DNA from: Candidatus Sericytochromatia bacterium
Lineage (GTDB): Bacteria; Cyanobacteriota; Sericytochromatia; S15B-MN24; UBA4093
Assembly: GCA_036676985.1 (NCBI GenBank)
Contig: JAKFBU010000056.1
Span: 32,001 to 96,000 of the forward strand
DNA length: 64,000 bases
Direction of reading: 5' to 3'
The notes below the pieces were generated by a model that searched no databases, had not been told where the DNA came from, and was given only the letters and a program-made list of their open reading frames with translations. Positions 18,358-27,288 of the stretch are shown in pieces (the first letter of the stretch is position 1; each line of letters begins with the position of its first letter). The translations under genes were made by a program, and so were the position numbers.

Positions 18358-18390
18358 CGAGGCGCCCGTGGGAAACCCACGGGCGCCTCG
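18358..18390 (-). terminator. Hairpin, probable terminator
   Basis: cgaggcgcccgtggg-aaa-cccacgggcgcctcg, 15-bp perfect stem. Confidence 0.7.
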
Positions 18391-18408
18391 GTTTGGAGCG
18401 TCGCGACC

Positions 18409-19236
18409 TTAGTTGTTCAGCGTGAAGCGGATCATCTTGGTCTGACCGTAGTAGTTGGAGCTCTTGTTGCCCCAGCCGCCGCCGGTCTTGTAGTACTTGA
18501 CGACGTAGTAGTTCACGCCCGTCGGGGTCCCTTCGTAGGTGACTCCGCTCGCCGAGCCCGCATTGGCCGGAATGCCGAAGGTCAGCGTGGTGTTGGCGGT
18601 GCCGACGGTCGCCGAGGGCGAGGAGAGGGTCGCGCTGCCCGGCACGCCGCCGTTGTCCTTGAAGATGGTCACCCAGTAGCTGGCATCCGAGACGCCGGCC
18701 TTCGCCTGCCAGTTGAAGGGCACGTTCTGGCGCGCGATGGTGGTGTCGGTCTTGGGGCCCCAGTTGGCCGTGTTGTTGAAGTTCCAGGCAATCTCCATGT
18801 TCACCTGGGGCACGGCGGTCTGGGTCTTGGAGACAGCCACGGCGTCCGAAACGGCCACGCCAGTGACGTTGAAGCCATCGGTGCCCGTCACCACGGTGCC
18901 GCCATCGTCGTAGACGACCTGGTAATCGGCGTCCTCGAGGTTCTCGAAGGTGTAGTTGCCCTTGACGTCGGTCGAGGTCGTGGCGTTGTTGAGCGTCGTG
19001 AACTCGGTCTCGCCGGCCTTCTTGCGCTTGACCTTGAGGACGAGCTTTTCACCGGGATCCTGCGTCCCATCGGTGTTCAGGGCGAAGGTGATGCGGCCCT
19101 GCAGCTTGCTGGCGGGCGAGACGTTGGGCGTCGGGGTGGGGTTGGTCGAGACGGGGAGCATGTTCGGGCAGCCCGCGATGGCCACGACCGCCAGGGTGCC
19201 GGCAAACGCCAGGCTGATTTTGGTTTGCAGCTTCAT
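18409..19236 (-). CDS. Lipoprotein with prealbumin/SdrD-B-like domain
   Basis: Lipobox IAGC; TTSTDVKGNYTFENL; clear paralogue of 16594-17337. Confidence 0.8.
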   Translation of the reverse strand: MKLQTKISLAFAGTLAVVAIAGCPNMLPVSTNPTPTPNVSPASKLQGRITFALNTDGTQDPGEKLVLKVKRKKAGETEFTTLNNATTSTDVKGNYTFENLEDADYQVVYDDGGTVVTGTDGFNVTGVAVSDAVAVSKTQTAVPQVNMEIAWNFNNTANWGPKTDTTIARQNVPFNWQAKAGVSDASYWVTIFKDNGGVPGSATLSSPSATVGTANTTLTFGIPANAGSASGVTYEGTPTGVNYYVVKYYKTGGGWGNKSSNYYGQTKMIRFTLNN

Positions 19237-19513
19237 TCCTACGAATACTCCTTACATGTTGAGGATCAGAGCCTTCGTAACACGCCGTTACATTGACCCC
19301 AAGACCCATCGGCAACGTTTGGTTCCCCGATCTTAACTAATTACCAGCCATACGACAAGAACACCTGCCTGCTACATTCGGAGGTCAAAGGTTCCAGCCC
19401 CCGCGAAGGCCCACGGTGGGCCCATGCCGCCGGGGTCGGACCAGGCAGTGTGCTATAATCCCATAGCCAGGACCATTACCTGACTAATCCCGCTGGCCTA
19501 GAGAGCAACACAC

Positions 19514-20167
19514 TTGGATCGTCTGGAAAACTTGCCGTCGTACCGCTATCCGGTCGAGGACCTCATCAAGGAAATCTCCGAGCCGCCGCCCCCCGGGGCG
19601 TGCGCTGCCGCCTCGTGGCTGTGCGCCATCGCCGCGGCGCTCGTGACCAAGGCCGCGCGCCTGACACTCGGCCGCGAGGGGTTCGAGCCCGTCTCCGAGG
19701 AGATGCTGCGCGTCGTCTCCCGCGCCTCGACCCTGGGCGAGCAGTGCGAGGAGCTCATCGACCAGGATCCCACGGCCATGAACCGCCTGACGGCCGCCGC
19801 CGCCCTGCCCCAGACCACCGTCGAGGAGACGGAGATCCGCCGGGCCTGCGTCCAGACGGCCCTCAAGAACTCCGCCCAGGTCCCCATGCTGGTGGCCCAG
19901 CACGGCATGGAGGTGCTGGGGCTCGCCGAGACGGTCGCTCGCTACGGAGCACCCGGCGGCGCGAACGAGGCGCTGTTGGCCGTGCGGACGGCCGCGAGCG
20001 CGGTCGAAGGGGCCCTCATCGCGGCTCTGACCAAGCTGCCTAACCTGGACGACGAAGCCTTCGTGGCCGAGACGCGCGAGAAGGCCCGCGCCCTGCGCGA
20101 ACAGTCGGCCGCCCTCGAGGCGGAGCTGTCGGCGAAGACCTGGGACAAGCTGCTCTCGGGAGAATAG
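19514..20167 (+). CDS. Cyclodeaminase/cyclohydrolase (FTCD C-terminal) family, divergent
   Basis: Helical pattern PPPPG..AA, IDQD..A, A.VP, D..F typical of the family; TGnTATAAT promoter element at about 19451-19459. Confidence 0.7.
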   Translation: MDRLENLPSYRYPVEDLIKEISEPPPPGACAAASWLCAIAAALVTKAARLTLGREGFEPVSEEMLRVVSRASTLGEQCEELIDQDPTAMNRLTAAAALPQTTVEETEIRRACVQTALKNSAQVPMLVAQHGMEVLGLAETVARYGAPGGANEALLAVRTAASAVEGALIAALTKLPNLDDEAFVAETREKARALREQSAALEAELSAKTWDKLLSGE

Positions 20168-20203
20168 AAACGCCCGGCCAACCAGCGAGCGTCTCAACGG
20201 AAA

Positions 20204-20226
20204 GGGCGATCGCCGTGCGATCGCCC
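20204..20226. terminator. Hairpin between convergent genes
   Basis: gggcgatcgc-cgt-gcgatcgccc; each arm contains GCGATCGC. Confidence 0.6.
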
Positions 20227-20241
20227 GATTGCTTTTCGAGG

Positions 20242-20733
20242 CTAGGACTGTCCCCCGAACTTGCCGAAGTCGCTGGGCTTGACCTCGTCCAGGAACTTGC
20301 GGAACTGCTCGGCGTCGACCTCCTCTTCCTCCTTGTTGATGGGAATGGAGCTGTTGGCCATGACGTCCTCGGCGACGTCGATGGGCGCGTGGAAGCGGAT
20401 GGCGAGGGCGATGGCGTCGCTCGGCCGCGAGTCGATGACGACCTCCTTGCCGCTCACGTCGAGCACCAGCTCGGCGAAGAAGGTGTTGTCCCGCATCTCG
20501 CTGACGCGGATGCGCGTGAGGGTCGCCCCGAGGGCCGTCAGGGTGTTGCGGAAGAGATCGTGCGTCAGGGGGCGGGGCGTCTTGATCTCCTCGATGCCCA
20601 GGAGAATGGCGTTGGCTTCCGGCTCCCCCACCCAGATGAGCAACGCCCGGCGCTCGTCCGCATCCTTGAGCACCACGATGGGCGACTTGGTCTTCGGCTC
20701 GAGGATGACCCCCGACACGTTCATCTCAACCAT
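20242..20733 (-). CDS. Bifunctional nuclease (DUF151) family protein
   Basis: LLIWVG..EA.AI, RPLTHDL, DSRPSDAIALA. Confidence 0.92.
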   Translation of the reverse strand: MVEMNVSGVILEPKTKSPIVVLKDADERRALLIWVGEPEANAILLGIEEIKTPRPLTHDLFRNTLTALGATLTRIRVSEMRDNTFFAELVLDVSGKEVVIDSRPSDAIALAIRFHAPIDVAEDVMANSSIPINKEEEEVDAEQFRKFLDEVKPSDFGKFGGQS

Positions 20734-20941
20734 GGGCGGCTCCTTTGCTGCACAGTTGTGGGCATTATACGAGCGCCCTCATGGGGAGTAAAGCTGCGTG
20801 CATCGTCCCGGGACGAGACGGGGCAGGCCCCGATCCTAGGCCAACGATCCAGCCTTGGCTTCGGCCAAGTCGACGCTTGCTTTCGGACGGAGTGGCCGGA
20901 AGACGAACCGCCCGCCAGTCAGTGGCGGGCGGGCGAAGGGA

Positions 20942-22120
20942 CTAGCCGGCGGCACCCGTTTGCTGGAGGGCCTGGGCGAGCGTCGTCTGCCAGACGACCT
21001 TGAGGGGCACGCCCTGCTTCTTGGCAGCCGAGACGCAGTCCTTGAACTCGGGCATGAGGTTCGTCACCGAGCCCATCTGGCGGGCGACCTTGACCCGGAT
21101 GGGGCCGAAGTCCGTCTTGACCGAGAGGATCTCGCGATCCAGCACCCGGCGCTCGGTGATGTAGGTGCGCACGCCGATGGAGGGCGTCTCGGCAAAGATG
21201 ATGTCCGTGATGGCTTCCTGCTTCTCGGGCGTCACCAGGGCCGTGAGCTTGATGCCCGGGCGGCCGCGCTTCATGATGATCGGCGTGAGGAAGACGTCGA
21301 CGGCTCCGGCGTTGAACAGGCGCTCGATGACGTACTCGTAGAACTGGGGGTTGGCGTCGTCGATGTTGGTCTCGACCACCCCGATGCTCTCGCGAGTCTC
21401 GCCCTCGGCGGTCGCCTCCTGGCTGAGGAGCACCCGGCAAAGGGCCGGCTGCTTGCCGGTGCCCGCCCCCCAGCCCTGGGAGGCGAGGCGCATGGCCGGC
21501 ATGCGGCCGAAGTCCTTGATGAGGGTCGAGAGCATGGCGGCCGCGAGCGTCGTGACCTGCTCGCCCGCTTCGCCGTTGTCGTAGACCGGAACGCCCGCCA
21601 GGAGCTCGACCACCACCGGGGTGGGCACGGGCATGAGGCCCTCCGGCGTCTTGACCGTGCCGCTGCCCATGGGCAGGGCCGAGCAGCTCAGCTGGGCGAG
21701 CCCGAGCTGGTCGAGCAGGAGCACGAAGGCCGTGACCGTGGCGATGGCGGCGAGGCTGCCCGCCTCGTTCATGACCACGGTCTCGGGGGCCTTGTCCTGG
21801 AGGCGGCCCCAGGCCACCGCCAGGCGATGGAAGACGCGCAGCGTCCGCTCCTGGACGGACTTGGAGAGTCGGCTCTTGAGGATGACGGCCGCCACCTCGC
21901 GCATCTCGCGGCGGATGGCGTCGTCCTTGGCCTTGATGGCGATCCGGCTCACGGCGAGGCCCCGCTCCTGCACCTTGGAGACCGAGAGGTGGACAGCGCC
22001 CGGCACCAGATCCTGGAGGTCGTCGCGCAGGCGTTCGAGGTCCGCACCGGCGTCGAGGAGGGCGCCGAGGAGCATGGACTCCGTGGCTCCTTGGTAGCAA
22101 TCGAAATACGCCGTGCGCAT
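20942..22120 (-). CDS. larC: LarC nickel-insertase homologue with divergent N-terminal domain
   Basis: YFDC..G...MLLGALLD, GLMPVP.P, ETNIDD, MKRGRPG, ET.SIGVR, PEFKDC. Confidence 0.85.
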   Translation of the reverse strand: MRTAYFDCYQGATESMLLGALLDAGADLERLRDDLQDLVPGAVHLSVSKVQERGLAVSRIAIKAKDDAIRREMREVAAVILKSRLSKSVQERTLRVFHRLAVAWGRLQDKAPETVVMNEAGSLAAIATVTAFVLLLDQLGLAQLSCSALPMGSGTVKTPEGLMPVPTPVVVELLAGVPVYDNGEAGEQVTTLAAAMLSTLIKDFGRMPAMRLASQGWGAGTGKQPALCRVLLSQEATAEGETRESIGVVETNIDDANPQFYEYVIERLFNAGAVDVFLTPIIMKRGRPGIKLTALVTPEKQEAITDIIFAETPSIGVRTYITERRVLDREILSVKTDFGPIRVKVARQMGSVTNLMPEFKDCVSAAKKQGVPLKVVWQTTLAQALQQTGAAG

Positions 22121-22261
22121 GGTCTTCTCCTCGCGGAAGCGGGTGCTACCAGTTGGATACCATAACGCCGATCGCCAAGACTGTGACGGATGCCGCTCCT
22201 GCGCCCTCCTGGAGGGCCTCTCAGGGCCCGCCGGGCGGCCCGGGAGGGCCCATGGCGGGAA

Positions 22262-23011
22262 TTATGTCGCGCTGCCCGCGATCATGCCGGCCAGGTAGCC
22301 CGCCCCGAAGCCGTTGTCGATGTTGACGACCGAGACCCCGGCGACGCAGGAGTTGAGCATGGCCAGGAGGGCCGCGAGGCCGCCGAAGCTCGCCCCGTAG
22401 CCGATGCTGGTCGGCACCGCGATGACGGGCCGGGGCACGAGCCCGCCCACCACGCTCGGCAGAGCACCTTCCATGCCGGCGACCACCACGAGCACCCGTG
22501 CGGCCTGCAGGACCTCCTGGTGATGGAGGAGCCGGTGCAGGCCCGCGACGCCCACGTCGTAGATCCGTACCACCGTCGAACCGCGCATCTCGGCCGTGAT
22601 GGCGGCCTCCTCGGCGACGGGCAGGTCCGAGGTCCCGGCCGCGAGCACGGCCACCTCGGGCGTACCTTGCCGGGGGGCGTAGCCGAAGGTGAGGACGCGG
22701 GCCTCCGGGTGGTAGCGCAGCTCCGGCACCTCCTGCATGACGGCAGCGGCGACCTCGGGAGCGACCCGCGTGGCCAGGAGGCGGCCATGGGCCTGCACGA
22801 TGGAGCTTGCGATCGCCGCTATCTGCAAGGCCGTCTTGCCCAGGCCGAAGATGACCTCCGGGAAGCCCGTCCGCAGCTCCCGGTGGTGGTCGACCTTGGC
22901 GAAGCCCAGCTCCGAGAAGGGCAGGGCCCTGAGGTGGCCGATGGCCTCTTCCAGGGAGGTCTCGCCCGCGCGGACGCCTTCCAGGAGGGCCCGGAGGTCT
23001 TCCTCGCGCAT
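22262..23011 (-). CDS. larB: LarB NPN-cofactor carboxylase/hydrolase (PurE-like)
   Basis: DHHRELRTGFPEVIF, AGTSDLPVAEEA, AGMEGALPS, VNIDNGFGA. Confidence 0.93.
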   Translation of the reverse strand: MREEDLRALLEGVRAGETSLEEAIGHLRALPFSELGFAKVDHHRELRTGFPEVIFGLGKTALQIAAIASSIVQAHGRLLATRVAPEVAAAVMQEVPELRYHPEARVLTFGYAPRQGTPEVAVLAAGTSDLPVAEEAAITAEMRGSTVVRIYDVGVAGLHRLLHHQEVLQAARVLVVVAGMEGALPSVVGGLVPRPVIAVPTSIGYGASFGGLAALLAMLNSCVAGVSVVNIDNGFGAGYLAGMIAGSAT

Positions 23012-23808
23012 CAGAGGACGGCGTTGAGGCTACCCATGCGGTAGCCCTCGAGGTCGAGCGTGACGAAGTGGTAGCCGAGGGCCTTGAGGGCGGAGGTGAG
23101 GCTTGCGCGGTGGGCGAAGGCCGCCTCCATGTCCTCCGGGCGCACCTCGATGCGGGCGAGGTCCCCGTGATGCCGGACGCGCGCCCCGAGGAAGCCCGCC
23201 TGGGCGAGCACCAGCTCCGCCCGGCCGACCTGGTCGAGGACCTCGAGCGTCACGGGCGTGCCGTAGGGCAGGCGACTCGCAAGACACGCCGCCGCCGGCT
23301 TGTCCCAAATGGGCAGGCCCAGGTGCTTGGCCACCTCGCGGACCTGCGCCTTGGTCATGCCCACCTCGAGAAACGGGCTGTGCACGCTGCGCTCGGTCGC
23401 CGCCTGGAGGCCGGGCCGGTAGTCACCCAGGTCGTCGGCGTTGGTGCCGTTGAGGAGGGCGGCGTAGCCCTCTTCTAGGGCGATCGCCGCGAGGTCCTGG
23501 TAGAGGGTGGACTTGCAGTGGTAGCAGCGATCGGCGTGGTTGGCCGCATAGGCCGGGTTGTCGAGCTCGCGGGTCTCGATGAAGCGGTGCGGAAAGCCCT
23601 GCGCCCGGGCGAACTCCAGGGCCGCCTCGCGCTCGGTGGGGGCGAGGCTCGCGGAGCGGGAGGTGACGGCGAGCATGCGATCGCCGAGGACCCGGTGGGC
23701 GACGACGGCGACGAGCGCCGAGTCGATCCCGCCCGAATAGGCCACGAGCGCCGAGCCGTGGCGCGCGATGGCCGCCTCCAGCTGGCTCAGGAGCGCTGGG
23801 ACGTCCAC
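23011..23808 (-). CDS. larE: LarE ATP-dependent sulfur transferase
   Basis: AYSGGIDS PP-loop, RCYHCK, GTNADD..DYRPG, ACLASR, GYRMGSLN. Confidence 0.93.
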   Translation of the reverse strand: MDVPALLSQLEAAIARHGSALVAYSGGIDSALVAVVAHRVLGDRMLAVTSRSASLAPTEREAALEFARAQGFPHRFIETRELDNPAYAANHADRCYHCKSTLYQDLAAIALEEGYAALLNGTNADDLGDYRPGLQAATERSVHSPFLEVGMTKAQVREVAKHLGLPIWDKPAAACLASRLPYGTPVTLEVLDQVGRAELVLAQAGFLGARVRHHGDLARIEVRPEDMEAAFAHRASLTSALKALGYHFVTLDLEGYRMGSLNAVL

Positions 23809-23809
23809 G

Positions 23810-24151
23810 CTAGGCCTCCTTGGTATTGAGGTAGCGCTCGAATACCACGTACGCCCAGAACAGGCCGCCGCCCACGACGACGAGCGCGACGTCTCCGAGC
23901 ACCACGGCCGCCATGCGGGGCACCAGGCCGAGGTGGAACAGGATGATGACCAGACAGCGCAGCGACAGGGCCCCCGAGGCCACGAGGAAGCTCGTGACGA
24001 CGCCCGAGAGGAGGCCGGAGCCGAGGATGCGCCGCACCCGCGGGGCGATGAGCAGGCCCACGGAGCAGGCGGAGAAGGCCAGGAAGAAGGTGACGAGGTT
24101 CAAGAGGAGGGCGCCCGAGCGCCAGGCCTCTAGGTTGACGAAGGTTTCCAT
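23810..24151 (-). CDS. Small membrane protein (about 3 TM helices)
   Basis: Three hydrophobic stretches; abuts larE. Confidence 0.6.
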   Translation of the reverse strand: METFVNLEAWRSGALLLNLVTFFLAFSACSVGLLIAPRVRRILGSGLLSGVVTSFLVASGALSLRCLVIILFHLGLVPRMAAVVLGDVALVVVGGGLFWAYVVFERYLNTKEA

Positions 24152-24202
24152 GGCCCCATTATAACGGATTGGCGCTGCCCGGGCTGCGGCCGCCTGCGGC
24201 GC

Positions 24203-25594
24203 CTAGGATCCCGCGACGAGGACGAGCGCGTTGTTGACCGAGCGCTCGGACCCGTCCGAAGGGCTGTTGACGAGCTTGCCGCGGACGACCATGGCCGTCG
24301 AGCCGCCCCCGTCGAGGTTGATGGCGTCACGCGCCCCCAGCTCGTGCATGAGCCGTGCGAGCTCGTAGAGCGTCATGCCGACGCTGTGCTGCTGGCGCCC
24401 GTCCACCGTGACCATGACCACCGAGGTGCCGCCCAGGTAGCCGATGGCCGTGCGCGGGGCGCGGCCGCGGGCGATCTCGGGCCCGAAGCGCTCCTCGCGG
24501 GCCGTCACCTTGACCCGGCCGTCGGCCACGAGCGTCGGGCCGCCGCCGATGGCGGACTTCACGCCCTCCCACTCGTTGGAGAGCTGCGAGTAGAGGACGG
24601 CCCTCGAGCCGACCTTGAAGTGCTGCATCAGGCCGGGCAAGGCCTTGCCCTGGCCCGAGACCACGAAGCCGTCCCGGGGGATGACCGAGTTGCCGGTGTT
24701 GGCCGCCATCACCGTCCCGTCGCCGCTCACCGTGAACTCGCGTCGGCTGGGATCGGGCACCGTGCGGGTGCGATCGCCCCAGTGGGGGGTGTAGAGGAGG
24801 ATCTGGTTGCGGACGGCCTGCTGGTTCACGCCGTTGAAGAGGAAGACCTTGTCGTCATCGAGGCGCACGGCCGAGCGCAGCCGGGCGTTGTTGATGAAGC
24901 AGGTGCCGTCGTAGCGGATGCCGAATACCGAGCGGTTGAAGTAGCTGGAGCTCACGATCTGCCCGTCGAGCATCAAGAGGCCGATGGGGTCCTTGCCCTT
25001 GGGCGAGAAGAAGGATCCGTTGATGGCCGCGAGCGCCCTGGAGCGGCGCGCGATGGCCGAGACGGGCTCCGCCGAGAAGCCCCGGCCGCGCCGGGCGAGC
25101 TCCGGCAAGAGGGCGTTGCGGCGCAGGTCGGCCTTGACGACGTTGACGGACACGGGCCCCGCGAGCGTCCAGCGCTTGATGCGCTGGAACTGCACGTCGC
25201 GTCCGAGGGCCGTGACGCTCCGGCGCGTGATCTCGTGCGGGATGAAGAGGACGAAGCGATCGGCCTTGACCTTGGGCGCCATGACGAACGGGAAGCGCCA
25301 GCGCGCGACTACGCGCACGTAGCGCCCCTTCTGCTCGATCTCCACGGTGCTCAGGGGGCCGCGGGCGAGGTGCTTGGTGACGCGGTTCCGCACGCTGTTG
25401 CTCACCTGGATGTCCCAGCGGATGCCGTCCACCAGGGGCACCTTGCGGATGACCTTGGGGTTCTTCAGGCGCACGGTGAAGTCCACGCCCTTCTTAGAAG
25501 CGGTCGTGGACCAGGTCTCGGCCGACGCGACGCCCGCGTGCCCGAGGAGGATCAGCAAGAACAGGAATAGCGGTCGAATGGCTCTCACGGTCAT
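24203..25594 (-). CDS. Exported phosphodiester glycosidase (NAGPA/DUF2233) family protein
   Basis: Signal peptide; AAINGSFF, GGGPTLV, PRTAIG, VDGR, AINLDGGGST, ER.V.NAL. Confidence 0.88.
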   Translation of the reverse strand: MTVRAIRPLFLFLLILLGHAGVASAETWSTTASKKGVDFTVRLKNPKVIRKVPLVDGIRWDIQVSNSVRNRVTKHLARGPLSTVEIEQKGRYVRVVARWRFPFVMAPKVKADRFVLFIPHEITRRSVTALGRDVQFQRIKRWTLAGPVSVNVVKADLRRNALLPELARRGRGFSAEPVSAIARRSRALAAINGSFFSPKGKDPIGLLMLDGQIVSSSYFNRSVFGIRYDGTCFINNARLRSAVRLDDDKVFLFNGVNQQAVRNQILLYTPHWGDRTRTVPDPSRREFTVSGDGTVMAANTGNSVIPRDGFVVSGQGKALPGLMQHFKVGSRAVLYSQLSNEWEGVKSAIGGGPTLVADGRVKVTAREERFGPEIARGRAPRTAIGYLGGTSVVMVTVDGRQQHSVGMTLYELARLMHELGARDAINLDGGGSTAMVVRGKLVNSPSDGSERSVNNALVLVAGS

Positions 25595-25673
25595 CTCAGC
25601 AGCACGGCCCCAGCGCTTCCTATACCCGCCTACCCCTTCCCCTATCAGAGCAGGCGAGTGGACAGGGCCACGC

Positions 25674-25704
25674 AAAAGCGGCCTCCCCGCCGGGGGAGGC
25701 CGCT
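25674..25704 (-). terminator. Intrinsic terminator
   Basis: agcggcctcccc-gccg-ggggaggccgct with a T-run on the minus strand. Confidence 0.75.
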
Positions 25705-25717
25705 CGAAACCGGGTAC

Positions 25718-26011
25718 CTAGGCGATCGCCGCTCGGCTCTTGAGCGCGTCCAAGAGCAGCTGGGCACCGTCCGGCGTGGTGGCCGCGAACATCACCTCGG
25801 CGCTCACCCCCAGCATGCGGCTGAGCTCGGCGACCGACTCGCGGCGCTCGGCCTGGCGGCGATAGTAGCGCAGCGCCGTCACGGCCTCGTCCGGCGCAAA
25901 GCGACGGGTCGCCTCCTCGAAGCCCTCGCCGATGTGGCGGGCGAGCTCCGTGTAGAGCTCATGGTAGGTGATCCCCAGCTCGGGCGACACAAACGCGAGG
26001 ATCTTGCGCAC
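25718..26011 (-). CDS. Hypothetical protein (97 aa)
   Basis: GTG start with AAGGAG RBS, followed by a terminator. Confidence 0.65.
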   Translation of the reverse strand: MRKILAFVSPELGITYHELYTELARHIGEGFEEATRRFAPDEAVTALRYYRRQAERRESVAELSRMLGVSAEVMFAATTPDGAQLLLDALKSRAAIA

Positions 26012-26152
26012 GGGAGGCTCCTTTCGATCTTAACGCAACGTAAAAAGCTTAAGTCGTTATTAACCTTATCGCCATGGCCCCGGTAAACTTGCGTCCGCCC
26101 GGAAAAAAAGTCGCGGGGCCGCCGAGTGGCGACCCCGCGACCGGACATCCGG

Positions 26153-26698
26153 TCAAGGTTCCTTGCGGTCGACGACCCGTTCGTCCGCGGACTGGAAGAC
26201 GTTGATCTCGTCGATCACCCAGTCCTCGGGCAGCGTGCCCCCTTTGAGGGGAGCACCCGTTTCGTCGACCGGGTGGTTGAGAAAGTTGATGCCCATGCTG
26301 TCGTCGGCAAGGCCGTACAGGCCGGGGACCCTGGGCGGCGTGAGGCCCGGGAACATGATGAGGGCGTTGCCGCCCGGTTCGCCGACCTTGAGGCCCGTGG
26401 AGGTGGCGTAGCGGTTGGAGTTGGTGCCGACGAGCACCACCTGCTCGTGCTCGAAGCCCACCACCAGCGAGTGCGCGCGCCACTGCATGAGGGCGTGGTG
26501 CTCGTCGATGGTCCGCACGTCGTCCGGCTGGCCCATGCGGGCCTTGACCTCCTCGAGCGAGTTGCCCAGGGCGACCGGGCCGATGGACTTGCCCGGCACG
26601 ATGAGGTGCGCGGGGTCCGGCCTGGCGATCGCGGTCTGGCTCGTCGCGAGCCAAGCCACGGCAGCTCCCAGGACCAAGAGCTTCCAACGCCCCTTCAT
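26153..26698 (-). CDS. Exported hypothetical protein
   Basis: Signal peptide (AIA); LIVPGKSIGPVALG...G.PD and T..GLKVG repeats. Confidence 0.7.
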   Translation of the reverse strand: MKGRWKLLVLGAAVAWLATSQTAIARPDPAHLIVPGKSIGPVALGNSLEEVKARMGQPDDVRTIDEHHALMQWRAHSLVVGFEHEQVVLVGTNSNRYATSTGLKVGEPGGNALIMFPGLTPPRVPGLYGLADDSMGINFLNHPVDETGAPLKGGTLPEDWVIDEINVFQSADERVVDRKEP

Positions 26699-26778
26699 CC
26701 GTGCCGCCCTCCTCTCAGCTAGCGCTCGACAATCAGGACTTTCCCCATCCTATGCAATTCTAATCGACGCCTGCCGCC

Positions 26779-27288
26779 TCAGTCGACGAGTGCGTCGACC
26801 ACGTACTGGTAGGTCGTGTCCAAAGAGGCGCGATCGCCCAGCGCGAAGCGGCGCAGGAGCGCATGGACGGGGAAGAATTGGAGGCCGACCCGCGGAAAGC
26901 GGATGCTCGCACGCTCCTTGTCGGGACGTACGACCCAGGCCCCGCCAAGGGACTGGATCACGAGCTCGCCCGCATAGGCACCCCAGCCCAGGGCGATCGC
27001 CCCGAGTTCGTCCTCGGACGGCAAGGTGCCGGGCCAGCCGTTGGCGATGAGCATGTCGAGGATCTCGAAGTCCTCCTCGGTCTGCCGGAGAGGGACCTCG
27101 AAGGAGCTCTCGATCTCGGACTGCGAGTCCTCGGCCTGCTCCGTGAGGTCGGCGACGCCCTGGCGCCAGGTCTCGCCGTCGCGCTCGCCGGCCCCGAACT
27201 GGGCGTCGGCCTCGGCGTCGGGCACCAGGACGGGCAGCTTTTCGATGGCTTCCAGGAGTTCTTTAGAGGGTTGCGTTGGTTGATCCAT
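26779..27288 (-). CDS. Acidic hypothetical protein (DUF3806-like C-terminus)
   Basis: GAYAGELVI..LGGAWV motif; in operon with the GT9 gene. Confidence 0.55.
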   Translation of the reverse strand: MDQPTQPSKELLEAIEKLPVLVPDAEADAQFGAGERDGETWRQGVADLTEQAEDSQSEIESSFEVPLRQTEEDFEILDMLIANGWPGTLPSEDELGAIALGWGAYAGELVIQSLGGAWVVRPDKERASIRFPRVGLQFFPVHALLRRFALGDRASLDTTYQYVVDALVD

